From the NCBI GenBank assembly GCA_964016885.1, contig OZ024744.1, forward strand, positions 46,562,001 to 46,626,000: DNA of 64,000 nt. Direction: 5' to 3'. The DNA comes from Eledone cirrhosa. Lineage: Eukaryota. Positions 39,461-52,754 of this stretch are shown piece after piece (the stretch's first letter is position 1; each line of letters begins with the position of its first letter). A model generated the notes under the pieces. It was not told where the DNA came from, did not search any database, and saw only the letters and a program-made list of their open reading frames with translations. Made by a program: the position numbers and the translations under genes.

Positions 39461-39875
39461 ACTTCAAAATATCTGTAAACAAATAATATTTAAATAAAAA
39501 AAAGGGAAAGAAGATAAAGAAAAAAGAGAATCAAGCTACGAGAGAAAGGGACAAAGGGGGGGGGGGCAGACTTTACACCCTAGTCTGAGCTATGTTTACG
39601 GCCAGACTGGGGCACTAATTACCTAAGGACTGGTTTTCAGAGAATAAATGAAATATCAGGCTAAATTGTATGACAATTATTTATTTGGAAATGTAAATAA
39701 TTATATAATATATACAGAACAATGTTATTTTACAAGATTTAAGATAAACTAGGTGTAGATATAACTAGAGTTGTTTTTAATAGAAAATATAAGTGATTAT
39801 TTGTACGTGTATCAGAGACTTTTGTCTCCTCATCTACTGATAACTTACCGCTATGATTCAACTTGTATTACATTA

Positions 39876-40065
39876 TTGGATTGGCAGTAACGGTAGAGGG
39901 TCGGACGTCATGCTTTGCAGCAAAGAGTTACGGCCCTTTATGGTCTGAGTTCAAATCCCGCCGAGGTTAACATTGCCTTTCATCATTACGGGGTCGATAA
40001 AATAAAGTACCAGTAATACACTGGCATAATTGCTGACATTGTGCCAAAAGTAGAAACAATTATTA
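39876..40065 (+). mobile_element. tRNA-like SINE
   Basis: Colinear with 32415-32603. Confidence 0.9.
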
Positions 40066-40149
40066 AGAACGTAGTTTTAACACTTCAAGATCCTAGTAGA
40101 AGCTAGCTGTAAGTATACCAAGCAAGCTTTAGGTGAGATCACGTCATAG

Positions 40150-41940
40150 GAACGTGTCTCTGACGAGCACCCATAATTGACCTTCTAGCTCATCTCCCGT
40201 ACGGAAGACCCAGTATACACATGCTCGTTGACAAGGTTACTTCCGCTACGGGTGTCCAGCATGGAGACACACTCAGCCCGTCTCTTTTTGCACTGGCAGT
40301 TGACCACGTCACACGCTGTCCGGCGCCCTTCAACTTTTGGTAGATGAAAAACTCGACAATGATTGGCTCGGCTGAGACGATAGTTGAAGATCTTCGGCTA
40401 ATCAGCCTAGCTCCTCGAACTCGAGATCATCCCACCCATATCCGAGGTGATTAATATTAGCCACCTGGGAGGCGGAATTCCATGACATCGTACTCAGTAT
40501 CAATTCCGTCTTGTCCGGTGCTCTCCTAACGCCCAAAGATGCCGCCTGCATTCTCGGCTCTCCAATTCTCTCGAAATCCATAAGAGAGTGCCTGGAGACC
40601 AAGCATGCAGACCTCTCTTGAATGGCAGTGAGGCTGTGCCTCATCGACGTTCACCTTATTGACAAACTGCTTCGCCCTTCCAAAATTTCAGTTGACGCTG
40701 CGTGGTGCACCTTGTTACCCACACACAGATTACCTCGGGGAACTCGATGCTACCATCCGACGCTGTGCAAAACTCATCTGCAATGTCAGTTTCGACAGCA
40801 CCAGGTGGGAACAAGTGAAGATTTCAGCGAGCTTCGGTGGCCTCGACTTCAGATCCGCTTCGGGTTTGGCACTGCTGGCCTACCTCTCCTCAATCTCCTC
40901 TAGTCACATCCTCGTCAGCGAAGTTCTCAGCAAGACAGCCAAATCTGACGTGACCACATAACCAGAGCAGGCCCCGAACGACTGATCAGGCGAAGGGCTC
41001 TTTGTTTCCCAGTATACAAAGTTCCAAAGTAACTGGGTCGGAATCAAGTGCAGATCTTCCTTCAGCTAGAACGGGTCTGGCTTCGATCAACACTGCCTCG
41101 CTTGCCTCCGACCTCTTTCGCAGCCAAACAGCGATACATGGCTTAATTTTTATGTGCTATCCTTATCAACCAGTACCCTTCTGGATGACGAGTGCATACA
41201 TATTGGAGTGACCCAACGCCTCGGCCTCCACGTGTGGGATTCACATAAATACTGTTGTGGGGCTGTCGTTGGCGAGGGTGGGCTGCATCTACTGTCATGC
41301 CGCTAGAACGCAGGTCGGTTCTCCCGACATGCCGATCTCAACGACATACTGAGAACGACCCTGGACTCAGCTTCTTTCCCATCACAACTGGGGCCAGCAA
41401 GCCTTGACCGTGGAGACGGCAAGCGCCCCGACGGAATTATCCTCTTTTCATTCGAAAGAGGTAAATCCCTAATCTGAGACGCTAAATGCTGTAATACGTT
41501 CGCCGCCACAAACCCCTGTATTTCGGCCCACATTGCAGAGGATAGGAAGACAAATAAATACCAGGGCTTGTCCGGCTGCTTCCTCTTTGCACCGGTCAAC
41601 ATCAAGAACCCCGCCAGGTGGGGTGGCTGTTGCGGCGCTGTTGCTGGCCATTGTCCGCGGAAATGTATTTCCAGTATTGTCTGTGGTGTGTAGCCCAAAC
41701 AAAACCTGGCCCCAGACATAAAGCCTATCCCTCTTCCTCTCTTCTGTGACCTCATAATCTTAGTTTTACCCTCCGTTTCCTCTCATTTATAGTATTTATA
41801 GCCCTTTGTCCTACTTTGATGGGTTTTTTTATGATTCTGGTAGTGGTGGTGGTGCTGGTGGTTGTGGTATTGTTGTTGTTGGTGGTGGTGTTGTAATTGT
41901 TATTAGTGATGGTTTTACTGTTGTTGTTATTGTTGACGCT
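40150..41940 (+). mobile_element. CRE-like LINE (RT end, zinc finger, RLE, 3' region ending in (GTT/GGT)n)
   Basis: [51 protein letters not shown]. Confidence 0.85.
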
Positions 41941-42657
41941 AGTGCTGGTTATGTTTAGCTGCAAGTCAACTAAGAACGAGAGTAGCTTAAAAGGTGTCCT
42001 AACTGAACATAAAGTGTGTCCCTCACTCGAAAAAGCAGTGGATTCAACTGCTATTTCTAGCAAGTCGACCATCTCATTCACTAGACTAAGACACATTTCA
42101 ATATTAAACTAGAACGCCCAGATATTTGAAGTGAAACGGAGTTAGTTGTTTTTGTTGTTGAAAATAAAAGGACAGAATGGTTAATTTTGGTTAGATATAA
42201 AATTTACTTCAAATCAGTTAGAAAAGGAAAAAGGAATATGATTATTTCTAATCATAAAAGTACAAAGTTGTATGTAAACATTCGTAAATGAATACCGTGT
42301 TTTTGAAGTTTTATTGAAGATATTTTTTTTTATGTTTTATGCTGAAATAGAAGGTGACAGGTGTCCGTCATTACTATCACCATAGAAGTTAAAAGCCAAG
42401 TAACCAGGGAAGGTGTCGTCTCTTTTGTAATAGAAAATTCTCTCTCTGTCCTCGTTCCATGACAGCCTATTTACTCTTTGATCAAACATCGATGACCTCC
42501 TGCTGCGTTCTCTTTCATAGGAATGGCCATGTCAGTGAGAGGAAACGCTGGAACATTTCATTCGCTACACACCATCATTAATTCAAGGGAATTAATTTGA
42601 AAAAATATAGGGGAAATAACTTCCATTTGACATTACTTTCTCTGACTACAGTTTAAA
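41107..42657 (+). repeat. Left arm of large inverted duplication (right arm 46381-48262)
   Basis: Colinear reverse-complement similarity over the CRE 3' half, the microsatellite and ~700 bp of downstream sequence. Confidence 0.9.
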
Positions 42658-43465
42658 GCAGCGGTGGCCAACTGGTGGTCCGATAGAAAATGTTGATGGT
42701 CCGCAGAAAGATTTGGACATTATTTGCAATTTCTATGTCTTATTAATAATGGTTTCTTATATAGGCACACGGCCAGCAATTTTGGGGGAGGAGAAAGTCG
42801 ATTAAATCGACACTAGTGCGTGACTAGTACTTTATTTTATCGACCCCGTAAAGAAGATAGGCAAAGGTAACCTCGGCGGGATTTGAACTCAGATTATAAA
42901 GGGCCGTAACTCTAAGCTGCAAACCATGGCTTCCGACCCTCTACCTATACTGCCAATCCACTGCCCCATGTCTTATTAATAATAAAACAAAATTAATATT
43001 AGGTTAAAATATATTTTATCGCTCCCCTCCCCTAAGTTTCTCCTCAGTAAAGAACTAACATCCATGAATTTTACATATATGTGTTATCTATCGACAATAT
43101 GATGCATGTATGTTTCAGTATTGTTTCTACCATTACAACAGTTATACCGCTCCGCAAATACCGATTCTCATCCGATTGTTTTATTTTATTTGGCTTTGAT
43201 AGCTTTGTTTGTTCTTAGATTCCAATGAAATAAACCCATAATGAGTGAGAAAAAGCAAGCGACTATATTGCATTTCTTTAGTAATACCAAAGTAACTATT
43301 GATAATAATAACACTAGTAATACTTCACTTAACCGTGAGTTGATCAATGAATCAGAGCCTCTACAGTCCACGTCAGGCAACAAGAGGAAGAACATTCTAA
43401 CTAGAGGAGGATTTGGTTCAGATATATCGAGGTCCAATTTCAAACACATAATGTTTCGGTAGACA
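42658..43465 (+). mobile_element. hAT transposon 5' end fragment
   Basis: Starts CAGCGGTGGCCAAC (hAT-type TIR). ORF 43241 MSEKKQATILHFF... resembles a transposase N-terminus. Confidence 0.5.
42751..42967 (-). mobile_element. Full-length SINE with 16-bp target-site duplication
   Basis: TSD atgtcttattaataat at 42735-42750 and 42968-42983; same SINE core. Confidence 0.92.
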
Positions 43466-43479
43466 GGACCAAAATTTCT

Positions 43480-46370
43480 CCTTTTGTTTCGCCACTTCCC
43501 CTTGAAAGCCTGCAGAAGATCCAGGATTTGCTTACAGCCCCACCAGGTACATATTCATATGCCACCTTAAGGTCCAAACTTGTAAAGCGGACATCCGTCT
43601 CTCAGAAGCACCAGATTAACCAGCTTCTTTATTCGAGGGCGTTAAGCGATAGGAAACCGTTACAGGTCTTAAGACAGTTAAAACAACTGTTGGGAGAGAA
43701 CACCATGGAGTCGGCCATCTTGAAACAACTTTTCCTACAAAGGCTGTGCCAGCAACTCGCGGTATTTTGGCGGACAGTAATGCATCCATCCAAATTGAGG
43801 TGCTAGCTGATTCAGCTGATAGAATAATGGAGGTAGCAGCACCACGGTCATTTGTGGCCCAAGAGAGACACACACATCCACTAATAAGCTCATTTTCTTC
43901 CCCTCTTTCTTCCTCATTTTTTTCCTTCTTCTCCTTCCTCGTCTTCTGTCTCGGAGATGAGACAGGAGGCACAATTGAACGCACTTATGGCTAAACTGCA
44001 GTTACAGCCTCGCAGCAACGCCAGCTCATCTCGGCGCGATTTACATCAGCGCCCGCGAGACCCGAGCGACCGATCCCTTATGCTATTACCACAGTAAATT
44101 CGGTGAAAGGGGCCGTAAATACCTATTGCCCTGTTCTTTTAGAAGGGATTCCCGTCATGTTCCGGGTAACGACGTGGCCAGGTAGAAACGATGGCAACTA
44201 CACCTGGCTCTTCCAAATCTAGCCTCTTGTTCCACATTAGCGAACGATCTACCGGTTTCTGGTGGACACTGGGGTGGAGGTTAGAGTCATACCATCTGCC
44301 CTGGTGCCAGGTAGTAGGGAACCCACAGCAATGCTTCTTTTTTCTTAGTTTGGTGTCATCAGTGTTTCTTCCCTTGATTTTCTGGGACACCACATCGACG
44401 AACAAGGAATCCGCCCCCACCACGACAAAGTTAAGTCCATTTTAGATTTTCCCCACTCCAACGTACCCGAGGAAAGTACGTGAGCTCCTCGGCCTCATAA
44501 ACTTTTATTGCCCATTCATACTTCGTTGTGCAGAGTTTCTCCAGCCGCTAACAGACATCCTAAGGCAGTGCAATCGGAAGAACCAGCTTATCACTTTCGA
44601 TGATGCACAAGCAGCTGCTTTCGTTAAAATGAAGAGGGTCTTGACAGAGGCCACAATGTTGGTTCATCTCAAACCTGACGCACCGCTTTGTCTGTTCGTC
44701 GATATATTGGATGTCGGGGTCGGTGGCGTCCTCCAACAACGTGTAGACAATGCATGGCAACTATTTTCATTCTTCTCTAGGCGACTCAAACCTGCTGAAA
44801 CAAAGTATAGCACATTCGGTCGGGAATGTTTGGCAGCGTACCTCAGTGTGAGACATTTCCGGCACATGTTAGAAGGTTCTGTGTTTTCTATTTACATGGA
44901 CTATAAACCTCTCACGTACGCTTTATATTTCACGCCTGACCACCACTCACCTAGAGAAGTGTGTCAAATGGATTTTATATCCCAATATACTACAGATATT
45001 CGCCATATAGACAACTCTGCAGCCGATGCACTTTCTCGCTAACTCTTGGGTGCACTGCACACCTCTTTTTCCATCAGTCTCCGATATATTGCCAACAGGC
45101 GGACGGGGAGCTCCTGAAACTCCGAAATTCTTCATCTTCTTCCTTGTCTTTCAAACTCCCCCCTCTACCTTTTTCTCCTGGTGGTATTTAGTGTGATGTA
45201 TCTACGGGTCACGTGCGCCCTTAAGTACCTCTAAAGCATCAACGTTCGGTTTTTTCTGCGCTGCACAACCTATCGAATGGGTCAGACGTTGCGTCCAGTG
45301 TCAAAAGGCAAACATTCACCACGATGTCAGGACTCTTCTCGGAACCTTCGCAACACCAGATACGCGTTTCCAACATATTAACATCGTCAGAGTACTGCCT
45401 CCTGTTAGGGGTTACACTCAGCTTTTGACCTGTGCGGATAGATTCTCCCGGTGGCCTCAGGCCATTCCCCTTTCCGACACTACAGCTGAATCTATTGCCA
45501 AGGCACTAGTACAGCATTGGATTTCGCGTTATGGCACACCTTCTACCAACACAATGGATAGAAGCGGCCAGTTCGAACCGAACCTTTTTAACAAATTGAC
45601 ACGCCTCCTAGGTTGTAGCCGAATAAATACAACAGCTTATCACTCTACAGCTAACGGTATGGTGGAACGTTTCCATCGGCAATTAAAATCTTCTCTCAGA
45701 GCATATGTCAACAACAGCAACTTGTTAGAAATGTTACTCCTTATCCCTCTTGGAATTCGCTCCACTGTAAAAGAGGGACTCGGTTTTATTCCAGCTGCGC
45801 TGGTTTATGGCACGATGTTGGTATTACCCGTCTCAACACCCCGTAGATCCAATGAACTATATCTATCATCTGTGGACCCACATGGCAAACCTGCCATTTG
45901 TTTCTCCTCGCCCTCAAAGTAACACTACTCAAATTCTATCTGACATACAGCAATGGACAGACGTTTTTGTAGAAAGGACGCTCTCAGAGCTCCTTTGCAA
46001 CCAGGGCCCTACCAGGTACTCAAAAAGACACCCAAGCATTTTATCTTGGATACTGTCAGTGTCTACCGGCTAAAAAAATCTCATGTGGATTTCAATGGAC
46101 CCTAACTGTTAGACCAAGTTAACCTAACATCAACGCTCCCACCCATCGGCAATCCTAACTCTGTGCCAACAACATGAACGAGATCCGGTCGACATGTGTA
46201 CTGGCCATCTTCATATGCCCAATATGTCGAGTAACAGTATCCTCTCGCTCTCTATTTACAAGGTAAGTAGGTGACAGTTTTTGGTCTGAGGTTATTGGTT
46301 CTCTATTTCACTACCGTTTCGATCTGGGCGGGGAACTAATATGGCGAAAAAATGTTCCAGCGTTTCTTCT
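43480..46370 (+). mobile_element. Second CsRN1-like Gypsy element, internally deleted
   Basis: gag YATLRSKLV...LSDRKP.Q.LR, CYYHSKFG; FLGHHID; AETKYSTFGRECLA; DRFSRWPQAIP; ANGMVERFHRQLK; PPT ctgggcggggaac at ~46324. Confidence 0.9.
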
Positions 46371-46380
46371 GTAATCCAGG

Positions 46381-48262
46381 TTTAAACCGTAGTCAGAGAA
46401 CGTAATGTCAAATAGAAGTTATTCCCCCTACATTTTTTCAAATTAATTCCCTTGAATTGATGATGGTGTGTAGCGAATGAAATGTTCCAGCGTTTCCTCT
46501 CACTGACATGGCCATTCCTATGAAAGAGAACGCAGCGGGAGGTCATCGACCTTTGAGCAAAAAATAACCAGCGTTCGATAAATAGGCTGTCATGGAACGA
46601 GGACAGAGAATTTTCTATTACAAAAGAGACGACACCTTCCCTGGTCACTTGGCTTTTAACTTCTATGGTGATAGTAATGGCGGACGATAGCCTGCCACCT
46701 TCTATTTCAGCATAACACATAAAACAAAATATCTTCAACAAAACTTCAACAACACGGTATTCATTTACGAATGTTTACATACAACATTGTACTTTTATGA
46801 TTAGTAGTAATCATATTCCTTTTCTAACTGAAGTGAAGTAAATTTTATATCTAACCGACATTAACTATTCTGTCCTGTTTATTTTCAACAACAACTACTA
46901 ACCTAGTTTCACTTCAAATATCTGGGTGTTCTGTTTTAATATTGAAATTTGTCTCAGTCTAGTGAATGAGATGGTCCACTTGCTAGAAATAGCAGCCGAA
47001 TCCACTGCTTTTTCTGGTGGGGGACACACTTTATGTTCAGTGTTAGGACACCTTTTAAGCTACTCTCGTTGTTAGTTGACTTGCAGCTAAACAACCAGCA
47101 CTAGCATCAACAATAATAACAACAGTAAAACCACCACTAATAACAACTACAACACCACCAACAACAACAATACCACCACCACCACAAATAACACCATCAC
47201 CACTATCACCACCACTACCACCACTACCACCACCACCACTACTACTACAACCACCACCACCACTACCACAACCTCTACTACTACCACAAACAACATCAAC
47301 AACACTGACACAACAACAACACAAACAAAATAAAGAAATTTATTCAGTATACAAAATGTTGTCATTTAATAAAGGAAAAAGAAAAAAATGAGATACAAAC
47401 GAAATGACGCAACGAACAGGGGGGGAAGGATTAAAGAAGGACAGATCTGACTGTATAGGAAAGTAGGAGAAAGGACTATAAATGTTATAAATGAGAGGAA
47501 ACGTAGGGTAAAACAAACACTATGAGGTCACGGAAGAGAGGGAGGAGGGATAGGAGGGATGTCTGGGGCCAGGTGGTGTTTGGGCTGCACACCGCGGACA
47601 AAACTGCAAGGTCATTTCCGCGGACAATGGCCAGCGACACCGCTGCAACAGCCATTCCACCTAGCGGAGCTCCTTCTTCAGAGGGGCTACGGTTCTGATT
47701 TTACGGAGGAGCTTGGCAATTCGGGGTCTGATGACGACTGAGTTCTTGACGGTGACCGGTGCAGAGAGGAAGTGGCCAGACAAGCCCCGGTATTTACTTG
47801 TCTTCCTATCCTCTGTATTGTGGGCCGAAATACCGGGGTTTGTGGCCAAAGAAACAAAATAGGGGCGGAGAACGTATTACAGCATTTAGCATCTTAGATG
47901 AGGGATTTGCCTCCTTCCAATGAAAAGAGGGTAATTCCGTCGGGGCGCTTGCCATCTCTGCTGCCGAGGCTTGCTGGCTCCAGTTGTGATGGGAAACCAG
48001 CTGAATCCAGGGTCCTGCTTAATTTATCATTGAGATCGGCATGTCGGGAGAACCGGCCTGCGTTCTGGCGACATGACAGTGGACGCAGCCCAAACCCGCC
48101 AACAACAGCCCCACAACAGTATTTATGTGAACCCCAAACGTGGAGGCCAGGGCGTTGGGTCACTCAGATGTGTGTGCACTCGTCATCAAGAAGGGTACCG
48201 GTTGATGAGGAGAGCACAGATTTGAGCAATGCATCGCTGTTTGGCTGCGAAACAGATCGGAG
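46381..48262 (-). repeat. Right arm of inverted duplication, including a CRE-like RLE fragment (47560-48262)
   Basis: ORF 47894..48163 reads HKYCCG...SRHADLND...DGKRPDGIT; mirror of 41107-42657. Confidence 0.9.
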
Positions 48263-48341
48263 ACAATATCTTGGACTTCCAACAAAAGTAAAATTACAGC
48301 ACCTACCTAATTCTTGTGCATTGAGTACTCCTTCCTTTATG

Positions 48342-48462
48342 ATCTGAGTTCAAATCCTGTCGAGGTTAACTTTGCCTTTCATCCTTACGGGGTCGATAAA
48401 ATAAAGTACCAGTAATGCACTGAGATAATTGCTGGCCTTGTGCCAAATGTAGAAACAGTTAT
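48342..48462 (+). mobile_element. 5'-truncated SINE
   Basis: tctgagttcaaatcc...gtagaaacagtta. Confidence 0.88.
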
Positions 48463-48804
48463 TTACAGAACCTTTTAAAAGCGAATACTCTTCAACCCTA
48501 AGCAAACATACAGCCTCTCTCTCTCTCTTTCTCTTTCTCTTTCTCTTTCTCGCTCTCTCTATTCTCTCTTTCTTCCATGTCCTCATCTCTTTCTCGCTCT
48601 CTTTTTCTATATATATCGCTCTCTCTCGCACACACACACACACACACACACACATACATATCTCACTTTGGAAGTGTTGGTGGGAGAGAGCTGTGGTAGT
48701 AAGAAGAGTACAGACAACAGTGACAGTAGGAGTAGGGTGTGTGACGTCATAAGATGGACGGTGTAGACAGTTTTGAGATAGGTAGATAGGTTGGTAGGAG
48801 GTAT

Positions 48805-49140
48805 ATCTCCTTATAATATATAACCAGCAATTTCTCTGTCTGTCTGACAGTGGAAACACGTGCACGCGTGCGAATGTTTTTTACGCACGCGTAGAGAGAG
48901 AGCGAGGGGGAAAGAAAGAGGCAGACTACAAGAGGGGGATAGCGGGAGGGAGAGAGGGGGGAATTGAGGAGTGCTACAGAAACATATATACATTTCTGTG
49001 TGTGTGTAATATATATATATATATATACACACACAGAAATATATATATATACACACAGAAATATATATACATTTCTGTGTGTGTAATATATATATATATA
49101 TATACACACACAGAAATATATATACAACTCTGTGTGTGTA

Positions 49141-49171
<31 letters not shown>

Positions 49172-50140
49172 GAAATATATATATACATTTCTGTGTGTGT
49201 AATATATATATATACTAGCAGAAAACCACTCGTGGACGGCTTTCTGCTGGTCTACTTATATATATAACCAGCAATTTCTCTGTCTGTCTGTCCGACAGTG
49301 GAAACACGTGCGTAGAGAGATAGTGAGAGTGAAAGAAAGAGACAGACTACGAGAGAGGATAGCGGGAGGGAGAGAGGGAGAGAGGGAGAGAGGGAGAGAG
49401 GGAGAGAGAGAGAGAGTGAATAGACGCTAAAACACGTGCTACAGAAATATTACCTTCCCCTTCCTTTCTCCACTTTGGTACTACCAAGAGAAACACTGTC
49501 GCTATAGAAACATTACCTTCCCCTCTCCACTGACTTTGGTCACTGGGGCCGAGGGAATCGCTGGTTGCCATAGAGACACCCTGCACAAGCCAGAAGTAAC
49601 CAGTTCGAGGCGGTTCTGACTTGACACCATGCCAAGTTTACTTATAATATATAATGGGCATTTCTCTGTTTGTTTGTCTGTCTGTCCGTCTGTAAAAAAT
49701 GCCAAGGAAACAAATAGACGCGGTTTCAAATCTCTATGCTTTTCAAATTCATTACATTAATCTTTGTTTATACGTTTCGCTTTACGAGTGTTTCGACTTA
49801 CGAGTGTTTCGGCTTACGAGTGTTTCGGCTTATCATTATATATATAAACGTTTCTATTTCCATCGTTTTATCGTAAACGTTTATATAATTCCATCATTAT
49901 ATCATAACGTTTATGTATCATAACGTTTATATTTCCGTCACTATTCTCTTTTTCTCCTTTTTCGTTTTAACATATATTTATTTCAAAGATTTCACTGTAT
50001 AGATAACATATATATTTATACATGCATAAAAGACACACCGAGAGACGGTGAACATATGGTGCCGAAAACATTTCTCATCCAAATCTCAACAATATCAGTA
50101 TATACACTAGATTTGCTAGCAGAAAACCGTCCACTGGGCG
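48805..50140. mobile_element. Cluster of non-autonomous Helitron-like units
   Basis: Repeated 5' motif cttat(a)atatataa..gca.tttctctgt(c/t)tgt at ~48810, ~49254 and ~49641. 3'-type end gtggacgg.tttctgct(a/g)g at 49232-49250 and inverted at 50116-50134. Confidence 0.55.
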
Positions 50141-51146
50141 TTACTCCATTGGTGATGTGAGTATTACAAGGGAGGCAACTCCTGCCACATAACCTCCCGC
50201 CAGAATTTTAGAATATAAAGATCGAATGAAATATGCAGCAAGTTGGCGAGAATGTTGTAACAGGCATGAAAATTACGAAAAAGAATGTTTGCAAAAATCA
50301 ATGATAGATATCAAGGTAGCCAACCGCTCTTGGCCAGAGAACGACTGGACATCTATCTATCCATCACCCAAAGATACAATGTAATAATAAAGTAAGAGAA
50401 GAGCTCAAAGTTCAAATGTATAAAATACAGTTCACAGGTGTGCAATCACATGACAGCAGGAAAGAAAGTGTGTTCCAGAGAATGAATGCAGGTGGTTTCT
50501 GTTCTGTGGTATATCGTGAAATATCCAACCTCCGAATGGATTTTCTCACAGGAAGAGTGCTGCAAAAATAAAATATCTGGCTTGTTCTGCTGGTTTTGGT
50601 TGTTGATGAAGCTGTGTTGCTGTTGATGTTGTTGTCTCGCGGAGTGAGCGTATTCGGTGTTTAAATTCACAGTAAAAAAAAATTTTTCAGAGAAAATGAC
50701 TTACGCAAAGTGCTAGAAATAACAGCCGAAGTTGATGGTCGATGAAGAGAATGCGTTGACCTGGAAGGGTCAAGAGGCCAGCGACCAAAGAAATAAGCAT
50801 TCTGAATAAATGCGCAGTTTTCAACGGCAAATTTACGTGGTAAATTTTTAAACCGGCAAATAGGAGAATATAGCTTAAGGCTGGAGAGTCCTTGGCGAGA
50901 AACGTTATCTCTGGCGTGTGGCTATCTCAGTGAATCGAGAATCGTGCAGCCTACACGTGCCAATACAAGGTTAAGTTGAAAAAATAATATTTCTAATGCG
51001 CGAGAAAATGGCGCGAAAATGATAGTGCAACTGGTCGTTGGCAGCCATTTTGGAAAAAAAATGTGTGTGTGAAACTGACAATGATGAAAAAGAAAGAAAG
51101 GCTTCACTTAGTATAACGAATATGGCGAGTTCAATTTTTCTTTTGT

Positions 51147-51250
51147 GAACGATGAAAAAAACTTGAACGATGAAGAAAACGAAGAAAAAAACTTGAACGA
51201 TGAAGAAAACGAAGAAAAAAACTTGAACGATGAAGAAAACGAAGAAAAAA
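51147..51250. repeat. 30-bp tandem repeat, about 3 copies
   Basis: gaacgatgaagaaaacgaagaaaaaaactt. Confidence 0.9.
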
Positions 51251-52125
51251 AAAAGCAATGGTTGAGGTTCATAGAAAATAAATGTTCCTGTTGAAATGTT
51301 TTTAAAAAAAAATAAAATTTCTTTTTTTTTGTTTGTTTTTAAAGTGTTCGTTGTAAGAAACGAGAAACATATATATATAAAATGCGACAGTTAGTTGATG
51401 CGTGAGGGAAAAAGAGTCTGTTTTCACATGTGCGTGTTCGTTTCTTTGACTGCGTATTTTCATAGATTCTCATTAAAATGTTGCTGTGTATTCGTAATGT
51501 TACTCACACAACACCAGATTCTGCTATTTTTTTTTTTGTTTTTTCGGGGTCACCACTTATATCAATGAACGGCTGCGTGTTCGTATCACGTCGCGGTCAC
51601 CAATTATAGCGGTGTACTGGTTTGTAAGAATGTAACAAAGACGATTTGGTTCGTTTGTGTGTATAATATTTAATAAACAATTTGTGGATATATATAGAAC
51701 AGTATAGTTGACATGTCAAAGAAATAGAAGAAAGAATGAAGCAAAGTTATTAGTTACCGTTTGATTGCCAGACGAACGTGGCTGGCAGAAGACGCCTGGC
51801 GAAGCCATCCACCAGAAGGGCAAATAAGAGATAGGGAGCCGAAAGCTATTTGTTTTATAGGGCTCTGCCGGAAGTGATAAAAGGGGTTCTATCAACCCAA
51901 CCGGCAGTAACTCCAACTACTTCCCGTCTAGAGAGCGTTACTCCATTGGTGATGTGAGTGTCACAACAAGGGAGGCAACTCCTGCTACACACCATTATAT
52001 ATATGTATGTATAGATTCACCGAACATTTATTATAATGCTCGGTGTGTTTGTAAACAAACATCCCGTATTAAGCCGTAGTGTCCAGCAACCATCGTTGCT
52101 CGTTTGTTCAACACTGACAAAGGAA

Positions 52126-52166
52126 CGCTGCACTAGTTTCAAGCTTATTAGCTATCGTCAGCAACG
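52126..52166 (-). ncRNA. Hammerhead motif (family 4), GUG at the cleavage site, probably inactive
   Basis: cgttg-CTGACGA-tagct(aata)agctt-GAAA-ctag-TG-cagcg. Confidence 0.7.
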
Positions 52167-52713
52167 TATACCTTCCTGCCAGATTGTTGAACGTATATTA
52201 TTATGCATATTAACGGCTCAGTAGCCCAATTTGCACATCGAGTGGGTTAATCGGCCGGGTGCACCGAAAACGATAAACGTAAAAAATGAAACGAAATTTC
52301 ATTTCCCACTCTTAGTACGGCTGTTACTTAAATATAAGTATGTAAACGTATATACATATATGTATACAGACGTACAATAGTATGTATATATATATACATG
52401 CACACATATATATATATGTACGTATGGATTCACCGAACATTTATTATAATGCTCAGTGTGTTTGTAAACAAACATCCCGTATTAAGCCGTAGTGTGTAGC
52501 AACGATCGTTGCTCGTTTGTTCAACACGTGTACATACTTATATTTAAGTAACAGTCGTACTAAGAGTGGGAAATGAAATTTCGTTTCATTTTTTCCGTTT
52601 CTCGTTTTCGGTGCACCCGGTCGATTAACCCACTCGATATGCAAATCGGGCTACTCAGCCGTTAATATGCATAAGGTAAGTATATACGTTCAACAATCTG
52701 GCAGGAAGGTATA

Positions 52714-52754
52714 CGTTGCTGACGATAGCTAATAAGCTTGAAACTAGTACAGCG
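52714..52754 (+). ncRNA. Minimal hammerhead motif (family 4)
   Basis: cgttg-CTGACGA-tagct(aata)agctt-GAAA-ctag-TA-cagcg, with palindromic stem III actagt. Confidence 0.82.

Noticed and set aside
49790-49835. 17-bp tandem (ttacgagtgtttcg.c) x3
   Set aside because: It is probably a subterminal repeat of a DNA transposon remnant and is too short to classify.
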